Shown here: positions 30,721 to 39,535 of the stretch, piece by piece
Layout: each line of letters starts with the position of its first letter
Numbering within the stretch: position 1 is the stretch's first letter
Assembly (NCBI GenBank): GCA_018304465.1
Contig: JAGVWC010000009.1
Location: 125,696 to 189,695, forward strand
Direction: 5' to 3'
Source: Candidatus Iainarchaeum sp.
GTDB taxonomy: Archaea; Iainarchaeota; Iainarchaeia; Iainarchaeales; JAGVWC01
DNA length: 64,000 nt
Position numbers and translations under genes: made by a program
Notes under the pieces: generated by a model
The model's input: only the letters and a program-made list of their open reading frames with translations
What the model was told of the DNA's origin: nothing
Database searches by the model: none

Positions 30721-31233
30721 TTATTTCCGTTTTTTCATTTTTTGTTCGAATAATTCGTCGAATTGTTTTAAGGTAATAAAATCCATGGGATTGATCGTGT
30801 CAATCACGTATTTCATTTCTTTGAGCGCTTCGATTTTGGCGTAATGTTCTTTGACGTCGGATAATTCGTTTTGGAGTTCGAGCATTTTTTGGGCTTGGGT
30901 TTCGACTTTTGCGGACAAATCTTTGAGCAGAACCGCGGTTTCGACGGAAACGCCGGAATTTTGTCCGCCGCCAATGCCGTTCGATTCGATTTCGCGGATG
31001 CGCTTGGATAAAACAATCAGGTTTCGGCCCAGGATTTTTTCATTGCGCACGAGGTACTGCATTTTTTGGCTTAAAATCAATACGCTGGAATTTAAGGCGC
31101 GGATGTCGGCTTGAAGTTGAGAAAAAACCGTGGCGGTTTGGGTTTGGGACGGCATTGAAGCGGGTCGACTGGTTTGGCCCGCAGACGCCGGTTGGCTGGG
31201 GGGCGCGGTTTGGACTCGTCGTTCGTGCACCAT
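30721..31233 (-). CDS. Coiled-coil protein of unknown function
   Basis: Heptad repeats; C-terminal KEMKYVIDTINPMDFIT motif. Confidence 0.75.
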   Translation of the reverse strand: MVHERRVQTAPPSQPASAGQTSRPASMPSQTQTATVFSQLQADIRALNSSVLILSQKMQYLVRNEKILGRNLIVLSKRIREIESNGIGGGQNSGVSVETAVLLKDLSAKVETQAQKMLELQNELSDVKEHYAKIEALKEMKYVIDTINPMDFITLKQFDELFEQKMKKRK

Positions 31234-31319
31234 AGGCAAAAAAACCCTTCGTTGTGCAAGAATAAACGCAGTCCATACTTAAAAAGATTTGTTTGCATAT
31301 TCGAATCGGACGGGGTTTA

Positions 31320-33734
31320 ATGGCCAAAACGGATGGTTTTCTGGTCGATGTCGATTACGAGTCCAATTCGTTGGGGGACTCGGTCATATCAGGTTTTTTC
31401 CGCACACCCGACGGGCTTGAACAGTTTTTCTTTCCGGAGTTCAAACCGTATTTGTTTGCGGCCTCTTTGAATTCGAATGCGTTGGAAGCGATTCGGGAAA
31501 AAAAGTTTGGACCGGATGGTTTTTCGGTTTTAAAAATCGAGGAAACCAAAAAATCCGGAAAAACCCTGATGAAGCTTTTTTTTAAAAGTACCAAAGAACT
31601 TGTGATCGCCCGCGACGAATTACGCAACATGGGCATATCCATTTTTGAATTTGACATCCCGTTTGGAAAACGGTTTTTGGTGGATCATCCTATTGAACCC
31701 TATTGCGAATTCGACATCGAGTTCATCGAGGAAGCGGGAAAAAAAAACATGGTGAGTTTCAAACCCAAAAAAGAACAGCATGTGTTTGCCCCGAAAATGG
31801 CAGCCATCGATATCGAAACGTATTCTCCGGGCCGGTTTCCAACGCCGCAAAAAGACGCGATTCTCATGATTTGCACGGCGTTACGCGATAAGAGCATCGT
31901 GTATACTACACATCAAAAGGGAAGCGGACTGCCCGGCACGAAAGTGTTTGCAACAGAAAAAGAAATGCTTTCGGGGTTTTTTTCGGATTTGCGGGAAATG
32001 GATCTTGATGTGCTGATTACGTATAACGGGGATTCGTTTGACATGCCGTATTTGACGGAGCGCGCCAAATTGTTCGGACTCAAAGCGGATTTCGGGTTCG
32101 ATGGTTCGGAGATTCAATTGAAGCGCAAAGGACTTGAAAACGCGGCGAAGCTCAAAGGCGTGCAGCACGTGGACGCGTATCAGACGATTTCGCTGTTGAG
32201 CCGATTTGGCGCCGTGAGTCTGGTGAAAAAAGACCTGGAGTCCGTGGTCGCCGAATTGTTCGGTTACGCCAAGAAAAAAGTCCCGCCGGCCAAGATCAAC
32301 GAAATTTGGGATTCGGGAAACGGGTTCGAAGAACTGGTCATGTATAACCGCGAAGACGCGGAGTACACGCTGCGAATCATTTTGGAGTATTATCCGATGC
32401 TGCTTGAGTTGTCCAAAATTGTTCGGTTTTCCTTGTTTGACGTGTGCCGAAGCTCGGCGTCGCAGATCGTGGAAGGATTACTCTTGATCAAAAGTCAGGA
32501 AGAATCCGCGTTTGTTCCAAACAAGCCGGATGAAAGCGAAGTGCATCAGCGCTTGTTGCAGTCCGTGATCGGCGGATACGTCAAGGAACCCGTGCCGGGG
32601 CTGCATGAAAACATCGCAGTGCTGGACTTCCGGTCGCTGTATCCGAGCATCATCGTGAGTCATAATATTTCGCCGGATACCTACAAGGGAATCGCCCCCA
32701 AGGGAACGAAAGGAAAAAATATTTCTCCGGAAGGGGATTGGTTTGCGGAGGACCGCGAGGGTTTTTTTGTCAGCATCGTGTCGAGTCTGTTGACGTTGCG
32801 AAGCAAGTACAAAAAAGAATACCAAAAAATCGATAAAAAAGATCCGAAAGCCCGTTTGATGTTTGGCCGGCAATGGGCGTTGAAAATTATTTTGAATTCG
32901 TTTTACGGAACCATGGGATTCGCGTCGTTTCGCTGGTATTCGCGGGAATGCGCGCGAGCCGTCACCGCGTTTGCAAGACATTATATTCAAGATGTAAACG
33001 CCGAAGCCGAAAAAGACGGATTTCAGGCGCTTTACACGGATACAGATTCGGCGTTTCTGAAGATTCCCCGCGACAAGACTCATGAAAATGTCAGGGAATT
33101 CGTCAAAAAAGTCAACGCCAAACTGCCGGAGTCCATGGAACTTGAACTTGAGAATTTTTACCGTCGCGGAATTTTTGTGACGAAAAAAGACCCCAAAGGC
33201 GGCGCGGCCAAAAAGCGGTATGCATTGATCGATTACAACAACAATCTCAAGATCGTGGGTTTCGAATACGTACGGCGTGACTGGTCGACGATTGCCAAGC
33301 GCACGCAAAAAGACGTGATCGAGGCGCTGTTAAAGGAAGGAGATCCCCAAAAAAGCGTAGCGATCGTGCGCGAGGCGATTCGACGTTTAAAAGAAGGAAA
33401 AGTACCGAAAAAAGAACTGGTGGTCTTGACGCAGATCAAGCGAAAACTCAACAAGTATGATTCGATCGGTCCGCATGTGGCGGCGGCAACGAAAGCGGTG
33501 GCGCGCGGTCGGGAAATCGAGGTTGGAAGCGTGATCGGTTTTGTGATCACGAAAGGAAACGGAAAAAGCATCTCGGAGAAAGCGGAACTGGAAGAGTATG
33601 TCAAGGAAGGAAATTACGACGCGGATTATTACATCAGCCACCAGGTCGTTCCGGCGGTCATCCGAATTTTGAACGAACTGGGATATTCCGAACAGGATTT
33701 GCTTGAAGGCGGAAAACAAAGCAAGTTGTTTTAG
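31320..33734 (+). CDS. polB: Family B DNA polymerase (archaeal type)
   Basis: ExoI DIET, ExoII YNGDSFDMPYL and ExoIII YNREDA; polymerase motifs DFRSLYPSII, KIILNSFYG and YTDTDS. Confidence 0.97.
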   Translation: MAKTDGFLVDVDYESNSLGDSVISGFFRTPDGLEQFFFPEFKPYLFAASLNSNALEAIREKKFGPDGFSVLKIEETKKSGKTLMKLFFKSTKELVIARDELRNMGISIFEFDIPFGKRFLVDHPIEPYCEFDIEFIEEAGKKNMVSFKPKKEQHVFAPKMAAIDIETYSPGRFPTPQKDAILMICTALRDKSIVYTTHQKGSGLPGTKVFATEKEMLSGFFSDLREMDLDVLITYNGDSFDMPYLTERAKLFGLKADFGFDGSEIQLKRKGLENAAKLKGVQHVDAYQTISLLSRFGAVSLVKKDLESVVAELFGYAKKKVPPAKINEIWDSGNGFEELVMYNREDAEYTLRIILEYYPMLLELSKIVRFSLFDVCRSSASQIVEGLLLIKSQEESAFVPNKPDESEVHQRLLQSVIGGYVKEPVPGLHENIAVLDFRSLYPSIIVSHNISPDTYKGIAPKGTKGKNISPEGDWFAEDREGFFVSIVSSLLTLRSKYKKEYQKIDKKDPKARLMFGRQWALKIILNSFYGTMGFASFRWYSRECARAVTAFARHYIQDVNAEAEKDGFQALYTDTDSAFLKIPRDKTHENVREFVKKVNAKLPESMELELENFYRRGIFVTKKDPKGGAAKKRYALIDYNNNLKIVGFEYVRRDWSTIAKRTQKDVIEALLKEGDPQKSVAIVREAIRRLKEGKVPKKELVVLTQIKRKLNKYDSIGPHVAAATKAVARGREIEVGSVIGFVITKGNGKSISEKAELEEYVKEGNYDADYYISHQVVPAVIRILNELGYSEQDLLEGGKQSKLF

Positions 33735-33842
33735 GTGTATTGAAACAAAAAAAAAGAGCGTTCTTCTACATAACTTGTTTTCGATTTTGCCTTTTTTCCC
33801 CTCGCACCGTGTTTTTAATTATTTTTATGGAAAAGTAATGGT

Positions 33843-34754
33843 ATGGATTATTCTGTTCGCAAGAATTACGAGTTGGCCGGCAAGATTCACAAAGCCGCGA
33901 TGAAAAAAGCCGAAAAAAACGTGCAACCGGAAAAAAAGCTGCTTAATATCGCCGAAGAACTGGAACAGTTTTTGCTTGAACAGGTCGCTGAAACCAAAAA
34001 AGAAGGCGGGCTTGCGTTCCCCGTGAATTTGTCGGTGAATCACGAGGCCGCGCACGCGACGCCGGGGATTTCCGACGAAACCGTTTTGCTGCAAACGGAT
34101 CTGCTTAAAGTCGACATCGGAGTGCACATCGATGGATTCATTGCGGATGGCGCGAAATCGTTTAATTTTTCGAATGACCATGCCAAGCAAATCGAAGCCA
34201 ACGAAGCGGCGTTGGAAGCCGCGTTGTCGATGGTAAAACCCGGTGCGGAAATCAAAAAGGTCGGCGAAGTCGTGGAGCCGTTATTGGAAAAAGCGGGTTT
34301 CAAAGTCGTGTCCAACCTGACGGGTCACGGGGTTGCCGAGTACGTGCAGCACGCGCCGCCGTCGGTTCCAAACGTGCGGAATAATTCGTTCGGAAAATTC
34401 GAGGACGGCATGGCGATTGCGATCGAACCGTTTGCGACCACGGGACGCGGAACGATTGCGGACTCAAGTCAAATCGAGATTTTTTCAGTGGAAGAAGAAC
34501 GAAGCGTGCGGGACCCGCATGCGCGAAAAATCCTTGAATTCGCGAAAGCGAATTTTGCGTCGTTGCCTTTTGCGGAGCGACAACTGGCCGAATTAAAGCT
34601 GTCGGAATTTAGCCGTAAAGTGGGTTTACGCGAACTGGTAAAAGCAGGGGTCTTGCATTCGTATCCCGTGCTGGTGGAACAAAAAGGCGCGTTTGTTTCC
34701 CAGGCCGAAAAAACCGTAATCATTGACGGAAACGAAGCGATTATCATCAATTAA
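33843..34754 (+). CDS. map: Methionine aminopeptidase type II
   Basis: AFPVNLSVNHEAAH, KVDIGVHIDGFIAD, NLTGHG and AIEPFATTG motifs, the type II helical insert, and VSQAEKTV. Confidence 0.96.
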   Translation: MDYSVRKNYELAGKIHKAAMKKAEKNVQPEKKLLNIAEELEQFLLEQVAETKKEGGLAFPVNLSVNHEAAHATPGISDETVLLQTDLLKVDIGVHIDGFIADGAKSFNFSNDHAKQIEANEAALEAALSMVKPGAEIKKVGEVVEPLLEKAGFKVVSNLTGHGVAEYVQHAPPSVPNVRNNSFGKFEDGMAIAIEPFATTGRGTIADSSQIEIFSVEEERSVRDPHARKILEFAKANFASLPFAERQLAELKLSEFSRKVGLRELVKAGVLHSYPVLVEQKGAFVSQAEKTVIIDGNEAIIIN

Positions 34755-34780
34755 TCCGGTTTGTCAGCGGTTGTTTCCAG

Positions 34781-34854
34781 GACCCCGTAGTATAGCCTGG
34801 ATAGTACTCAGGGTTCCGGACCCTGTAACCTGGGTTCGAATCCCAGCGGGGTCG
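34781..34854 (+). tRNA. tRNA-Arg (CCG)
   Basis: Acceptor stem GACCCCG/CGGGGTC, anticodon arm CAGGG-TTCCGGA-CCCTG, T loop TTCGAAT; no encoded CCA. Confidence 0.95.
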
Positions 34855-34954
34855 ATTTTCCATCAGGATCTTTTTGCCGCCGAACAGGTGGGTTGCGATT
34901 GTCGGATCTTTCAATGAATCATCGGATGTTTGATATTCTTTTGTTAAAAAAAAT

Positions 34955-35416
34955 TCAGTCGTTTTGGATTTGGTCCAGCGTCACATACAGTACGGTGTTT
35001 TTGTTCTGGGAAAGCGCGAACTCGAGCCGAGTTCCGTTTTGGATGCAAAAAAGAAAATACGGCGAAAGTTCGGGCCCGTGCGGAGTCGGCGGCAGGTATT
35101 CCAACGCCGGAAACCGCAGGTATACTTCCGGTTGTCGGATTGAAAAATCCGGTGAAAGAAAAAGAATCAACCGCCCTCCGACGGACTGGTGAACGGATTG
35201 TCTTAGTTCGGCGGAAAGAAACATTTTTTCAAACGGGCTTTTTTCAAAGGTGGCGACCCAAGTTCCGAAATGATCGTTTTCGGATACTTTTTTGAATTGG
35301 GTTGCCAATTGGTCTTCGATTTTTTGTCGTTTTAATGGCGGAATGCTAAAACCCAAAATCAAATTGAAAAAACTGGTTTTGGTCAGCGACACGCCGCTTT
35401 CTTTGGTATAGTTCAT
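34955..35416 (-). CDS. Hypothetical protein between two tRNA-Arg genes
   Basis: A 153-codon ORF filling the spacer; no recognised motif. Confidence 0.5.
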   Translation of the reverse strand: MNYTKESGVSLTKTSFFNLILGFSIPPLKRQKIEDQLATQFKKVSENDHFGTWVATFEKSPFEKMFLSAELRQSVHQSVGGRLILFLSPDFSIRQPEVYLRFPALEYLPPTPHGPELSPYFLFCIQNGTRLEFALSQNKNTVLYVTLDQIQND

Positions 35417-35687
35417 CAAAAAGCCTTCGGTTTGGTATTCTAACGGATTTTTTTAATAAAAAGCTTTTCGGAGACCGGAAAAAGCACGGCCAATCTTTAA
35501 AAACCGATTTTTGCAGTAATTGTGTACTGATTCGACCGGTTGGATGCTTTGTGCTTTATCCGAAAGCACCGGTATTTCGGCACCTGCGGTCGAAAACGCG
35601 GGCCCATTGGGCCGACTGGCAGCCTTTTGAAAAAGGCTGACGAAAAGTAAATAATTCTTTTCCCAGGTTTTCTTGTAAAGAAAAGCT

Positions 35688-35761
35688 GGCCCCGTAGTAT
35701 AGCCTGGATAGTATGAAAGCTTGCGGAGCTTTTGACCTGGGTTCAAATCCCAGCGGGGTCA
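35688..35761 (+). tRNA. tRNA-Arg (GCG)
   Basis: Acceptor stem GGCCCCG/CGGGGTC, anticodon arm AAAGC-TTGCGGA-GCTTT, T loop TTCAAAT. Confidence 0.95.
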
Positions 35762-35825
35762 CTTATTCAAACCCAAAGAAAAACAATATTTACCTCCGAT
35801 TCGAATGGAATGTGGAGGAGTTCCA

Positions 35826-36137
35826 ATGGGTTTGTTTGACAAGTTGAATAAAACGATTAGTTCCGCGAATCAGATTTCTAACGCCGCGAACCGCACGATT
35901 GATACCACGGAAAGCTCCAAGCGCACCGTGGATCGCGTGGGAGAAAAAACCGCGCAAGTCGGAAAAACGCTGGCCCCAAAATGCAAGTTTTGCAACGCCG
36001 AATTGAAATCGGACGCGGAAAAAAACAAAGGCGTTTGGTCAATTGCGCGTTGTCCAGAATGTGACCGGTCAAGAAAAAATCGTTTCAGCCGGCTTTTTTT
36101 TGTTCAAGGAAACCGCCGAATAAAAAAGAACATTTAA
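35826..36137 (+). CDS. Small zinc-ribbon protein (3' end uncertain; may end at 36064)
   Basis: GGAGGAG RBS, MGLFDKL start, and CKFC plus a second CxxC. Confidence 0.6.
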   Translation: MGLFDKLNKTISSANQISNAANRTIDTTESSKRTVDRVGEKTAQVGKTLAPKCKFCNAELKSDAEKNKGVWSIARCPECDRSRKNRFSRLFFVQGNRRIKKNI

Positions 36138-36164
36138 ATAGCACATATCTGCTTACTTGCGTAC

Positions 36165-37514
36165 ATGTTTTCCGCAAAAGGACTTGCGATTTTTTTCGTC
36201 TTGGTTTTGTCGATGTCGGTTTTTGCCGACGGAATGATCGTGAACCCGGATATGATGCCGGTGCGACAAGACCGGCAAGAAGCCTTTATTGTCCACGAAA
36301 ACGGAATCCAATCCATGGTCCTGATGGTTAATCTGCAAGAAGCCATTAACACGACGGAGTCGCACGTGTGGATTTTTCCGGTTCCCGCAAAACCCGAGGA
36401 TATTTCCATCGCGAATCTGAAAGGTTTTCCCGCGATGACGGGAAAAGACGTCAAAACTCAGTTGACCGACAATCTTTTTTTCCTTGAAGCCTACATGACG
36501 ACAGCGGCGTTTCCGCCGTTTGTCATTTTCCCGCTGTTGATGATCGCGACCCCGATGAATTCGTACAGCAACGGAATGCCGATGGCCGACCTTAGAACGA
36601 CCCAAGATTCGTACGGAGTCGATATTTACCAGCACATCGACAAGTACGGTTTGGCAACCGAAGTCATCAAAGCGGATGACGTAGTCCGCTTTGAAAGCTA
36701 CTTAAATGCCCGAGGAACCAATCTGTCGGATGAAGCCGAAAGTTTTTTGACGGAGTATATGGGAAAAGATTACTCGTTTGTCGTCAGTTGGATCAGCGAC
36801 CCGGAAGAAGCGCGTGAAGTGACCGGCAATAACGATTATTATTATCGTCAGACGAATCCGATCGGAGTGTTCGTCCGGTTTCCGTCCGAAAATGTTTTTT
36901 TTCCGTTAAAACCCACCGCGTATTACGGAACCGATTCGTTTCCGGTGATCGTCAACGTGAAAGGTTTTTTTAATCCCGAAATTTACCAAAACGTCAAGGA
37001 ATCCACCACGATTTCGCATCATCAAGTGGATTTTTGGCGGCGAACGATTTCCGAGGAAGAATCCTTGCGGCAAGTGTTTGGAGAAAACATTCCTTCTTCC
37101 TTGCTTTTCACGCGAATCCAGATCAATTCGCAAGCCCAATATTTTACGGAGGACTTGTCGTTTACGCGGTCCGAAGCGTGGTCTCCGCATATCATGAATT
37201 TTTTCAATCAAACGTGGATTTTTTGGTTTGTGGTGCTGTTTGCTTTATCCGGATTGGTTTCGGCTTCGTTAACCAAGCGGGTTTTGAAATTGAACTGGAC
37301 GCATTTGGATGTCGTCGAGCTTTCCGTCGCGAATTTCTTTTCGATCATCGGCGCGGGAATCGTCATGGCCGTGATTCCAAAAAACCGGTTTAACGTGGAA
37401 GAAAAATCCTCGTTCGAAAAACGCCTTTTGTCGCTTGCGGTGTTTGAAGGATTTTTTCTGGTCGCAACCGTCATCTTGTTTTTGGTGACGTTGCTGATGC
37501 TCGCGGTCAAATAA
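36165..37514 (+). CDS. Secreted/membrane protein, DUF2330-like
   Basis: Signal peptide ending FA|DG, motifs QEAFI, WIFPVPAKP and FPSENVFFPLK, and three C-terminal TM helices. Confidence 0.65.
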   Translation: MFSAKGLAIFFVLVLSMSVFADGMIVNPDMMPVRQDRQEAFIVHENGIQSMVLMVNLQEAINTTESHVWIFPVPAKPEDISIANLKGFPAMTGKDVKTQLTDNLFFLEAYMTTAAFPPFVIFPLLMIATPMNSYSNGMPMADLRTTQDSYGVDIYQHIDKYGLATEVIKADDVVRFESYLNARGTNLSDEAESFLTEYMGKDYSFVVSWISDPEEAREVTGNNDYYYRQTNPIGVFVRFPSENVFFPLKPTAYYGTDSFPVIVNVKGFFNPEIYQNVKESTTISHHQVDFWRRTISEEESLRQVFGENIPSSLLFTRIQINSQAQYFTEDLSFTRSEAWSPHIMNFFNQTWIFWFVVLFALSGLVSASLTKRVLKLNWTHLDVVELSVANFFSIIGAGIVMAVIPKNRFNVEEKSSFEKRLLSLAVFEGFFLVATVILFLVTLLMLAVK

Positions 37515-37516
37515 AA

Positions 37517-38191
37517 TCAGATTTCTTTTTCCGGAATATGAACCGCGATTCCGGCTTTTTCCGCGAACGAAACCGCGTCTTGTTTGGTTCCGACGATGCT
37601 TCCAAAATGCATCGGGATCACGAGCCGCGGATTGATGGTACGCGCGGCTTTTACTGCTTCGTCCACCGTCATGACGTAGGTCCCGGAGATCGGCAGAAAC
37701 GCCACGTGGATTTTCTTTATTTTTTTCATTTCCGGAATGAAATCGGTGTCTCCGGCAAAGTAATAGCGGATATCATCCATTTCGAATACGAATCCGAGTT
37801 TTTGATCTTCTTTGGGATGAAACGGAACGCCTTGTGAACGAAACTTGTTGGTGTTGTACGCCGGAATTCCCGTGATCTGGAGTCCTTCGACTTCGAGGGA
37901 TTCGTCCGGATGCAGGACTTGAACGTTTCCGGTGAGCGCTTTGACGGCTTGAACGGAAGCAACAATTCGGGTCTCTTTTCCCGAAACTTTTTCGATGTCT
38001 TTGGGGCTGCAGTGATCGCGGTGTTCGTGGGAAATCAAAACAACGTCGGCTTTTTTTGAAAAAGAACCGATGTCATACGGGTCAATCACGATTTTTTTGG
38101 AGCCCGTGATAAAAAATCCGTCGTGTCCCAGCCAATCAATGGAATGCACCAAATCGTCAATATCCCTGGTTGGTTCGATCGTGCTGGTCAT
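37517..38191 (-). CDS. Metallo-beta-lactamase-fold hydrolase (UPF0173/UlaG-like)
   Basis: WLGHDGF, IDPY, SHEHRDH (HxHxDH), FAGDT and PMHFG motifs. Confidence 0.9.
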   Translation of the reverse strand: MTSTIEPTRDIDDLVHSIDWLGHDGFFITGSKKIVIDPYDIGSFSKKADVVLISHEHRDHCSPKDIEKVSGKETRIVASVQAVKALTGNVQVLHPDESLEVEGLQITGIPAYNTNKFRSQGVPFHPKEDQKLGFVFEMDDIRYYFAGDTDFIPEMKKIKKIHVAFLPISGTYVMTVDEAVKAARTINPRLVIPMHFGSIVGTKQDAVSFAEKAGIAVHIPEKEI

Positions 38192-38315
38192 AGTAGGATA
38201 ATGAAACGAAATGGTTTTATGGGTAACGAAAACCTGTTTTTGCAAAGAGTTTTTTGGCGTTTTTGAAAAAGAAAAAATGACTATCTTGCGACGTTACTTT
38301 TTCGGATCAAAAAAA

Positions 38316-38436
38316 TGCAGGGAGGCGGATTCGAACCGCCGAACGCACTAAGCGGCCGGCTCGTTCCAATTTTTCGCAGAATATTTCACGAAAAACTGCC
38401 TGAAGCCGGGAGGTTTGACCGCTCCCCAATCCCTGC
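38316..38436 (-). tRNA. tRNA-Leu (CAG) with a 37-nt intron at position 37/38
   Basis: Acceptor stem GCAGGGA/TCCCTGC, anticodon arm CCGGC-TTCAGG|A-GCCGG, long variable arm, T loop TTCGAAT. Confidence 0.93.
38362..38398 (-). other. tRNA intron with a relaxed bulge-helix-bulge motif
   Basis: Intron stem AGTTTTTCG/CGAAAAATT, central helix TTCA/GGAA with one mismatch, and 3-nt bulges GGC and CGA. Confidence 0.85.
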
Positions 38437-39462
38437 AAGGGAAAACAAGAGGTTTAAACGATCCTCTCGTTTGGGCAAATAATTCGCTACCAGAACATCT
38501 TTTAACCTTTTTATCTGGGATTTTGGGATCGAAAAGTCATTTTGGATATATTTGCCGTTCTTTAAGTGGGTTCCGTAATATTTGGCTTCAACTCCGTTTT
38601 TCTCCAGAAGAATGAGCAAGTCGTCTATGAGTCGCTTGCTTCTGAACGTGCATCCCATTCCACGGCCATGTTTTCCGATATCGCTGTCGATTAAGCCGGA
38701 AATAAATGGAATCTGCTCTCGCACAGGCAATTGTTTAATTGTGTCCGGGATGCATGCTTTTTCGCTTTTTTTTCCACTTGGAATTCCAATAATGTTTACA
38801 AAGAATCTGTAGAGCGCCTTGTTTGCCTTGCGCAGATCCCACGAAGGCCAATGGCTGTCCTTATATTGAAATGAAATTCGATTAATCTCAAACAATTTGA
38901 AAAAAATTGGCGATACTTTGTCCTGTAAAAACTCTTTTTGGCTACTTGTAAGAATTACAACAAAAGCATTGTTTCCATCCCGCCCATATTTTTTAACCGA
39001 AAAACAGCCGTCGCCCATAAGAATTCCAGTTAAATAAAGCAAGTCCGGAGAAAGCTCCTTTGGAATTCGAATAACCTCCTGAGTCGTGCTCGAAACATAG
39101 TCAATCTGCTCAGCTAGTTCAGTCAGTTCCTTTTCTTCAATGAAAAATTTCAGCTTTTCGATTGCAATCAAAGGGATTGAAGCCCTTCCGCAGAACCAGT
39201 CTTTGAAAACACATTGCTTAATCGGATATCCTATTTTTTCGGCCCATTTTTTTCGCCACGAGAATCCAGTTTTTTTAACCAGTCTTTGATCGATATTCCG
39301 AATCTTTTGAACAATCGGGATCGCTTTGGTATTTCGGATCGTCGGGTTTTTGCAGTACTTTGGCAATATTGTATATACCCTCAGACACCTGCGCAGAGTG
39401 GTGTCTTCCGCAGGAACATGTAAACGAAATATATCCAAAGTCATGCAAAAAATACAGTTCAT
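38386..39462 (-). CDS. Free-standing two-motif LAGLIDADG homing-endonuclease-like protein (start uncertain)
   Basis: LLYLTGILMGDGCF and IPFISGLIDSDIG motifs with GIPSGKKS between them. The gene is AT-rich and its 3' end overlaps tRNA-Leu. Confidence 0.85.
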   Translation of the reverse strand: MNCIFCMTLDIFRLHVPAEDTTLRRCLRVYTILPKYCKNPTIRNTKAIPIVQKIRNIDQRLVKKTGFSWRKKWAEKIGYPIKQCVFKDWFCGRASIPLIAIEKLKFFIEEKELTELAEQIDYVSSTTQEVIRIPKELSPDLLYLTGILMGDGCFSVKKYGRDGNNAFVVILTSSQKEFLQDKVSPIFFKLFEINRISFQYKDSHWPSWDLRKANKALYRFFVNIIGIPSGKKSEKACIPDTIKQLPVREQIPFISGLIDSDIGKHGRGMGCTFRSKRLIDDLLILLEKNGVEAKYYGTHLKNGKYIQNDFSIPKSQIKRLKDVLVANYLPKREDRLNLLFSLAGIGERSNLPASGSFS

Positions 39463-39535
39463 CGCATAATAAGGGAAAGGAGGCCGCTCTGCCAGTGATT
39501 CACAGTCTGGCGGGCATAAAGGCTTTTATGCGTTT

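Noticed and set aside
31320-33734. Possible intein in PolB, given the nearby LAGLIDADG genes
   Set aside because: The polymerase motifs are contiguous and the length is normal. The LAGLIDADG ORFs lack intein splicing termini.
35620-35639. Hairpin CAGCCTTTT-GA-AAAAGGCTG upstream of tRNA-Arg(GCG)
   Set aside because: A single short palindrome with no supporting context for a function.
34781-35761. Near-identical tRNA-Arg ends as attL/attR of an integrated element
   Set aside because: Both are complete tRNAs with different anticodons and compensated stems, and there is no integrase. Isoacceptor similarity is enough to explain it.
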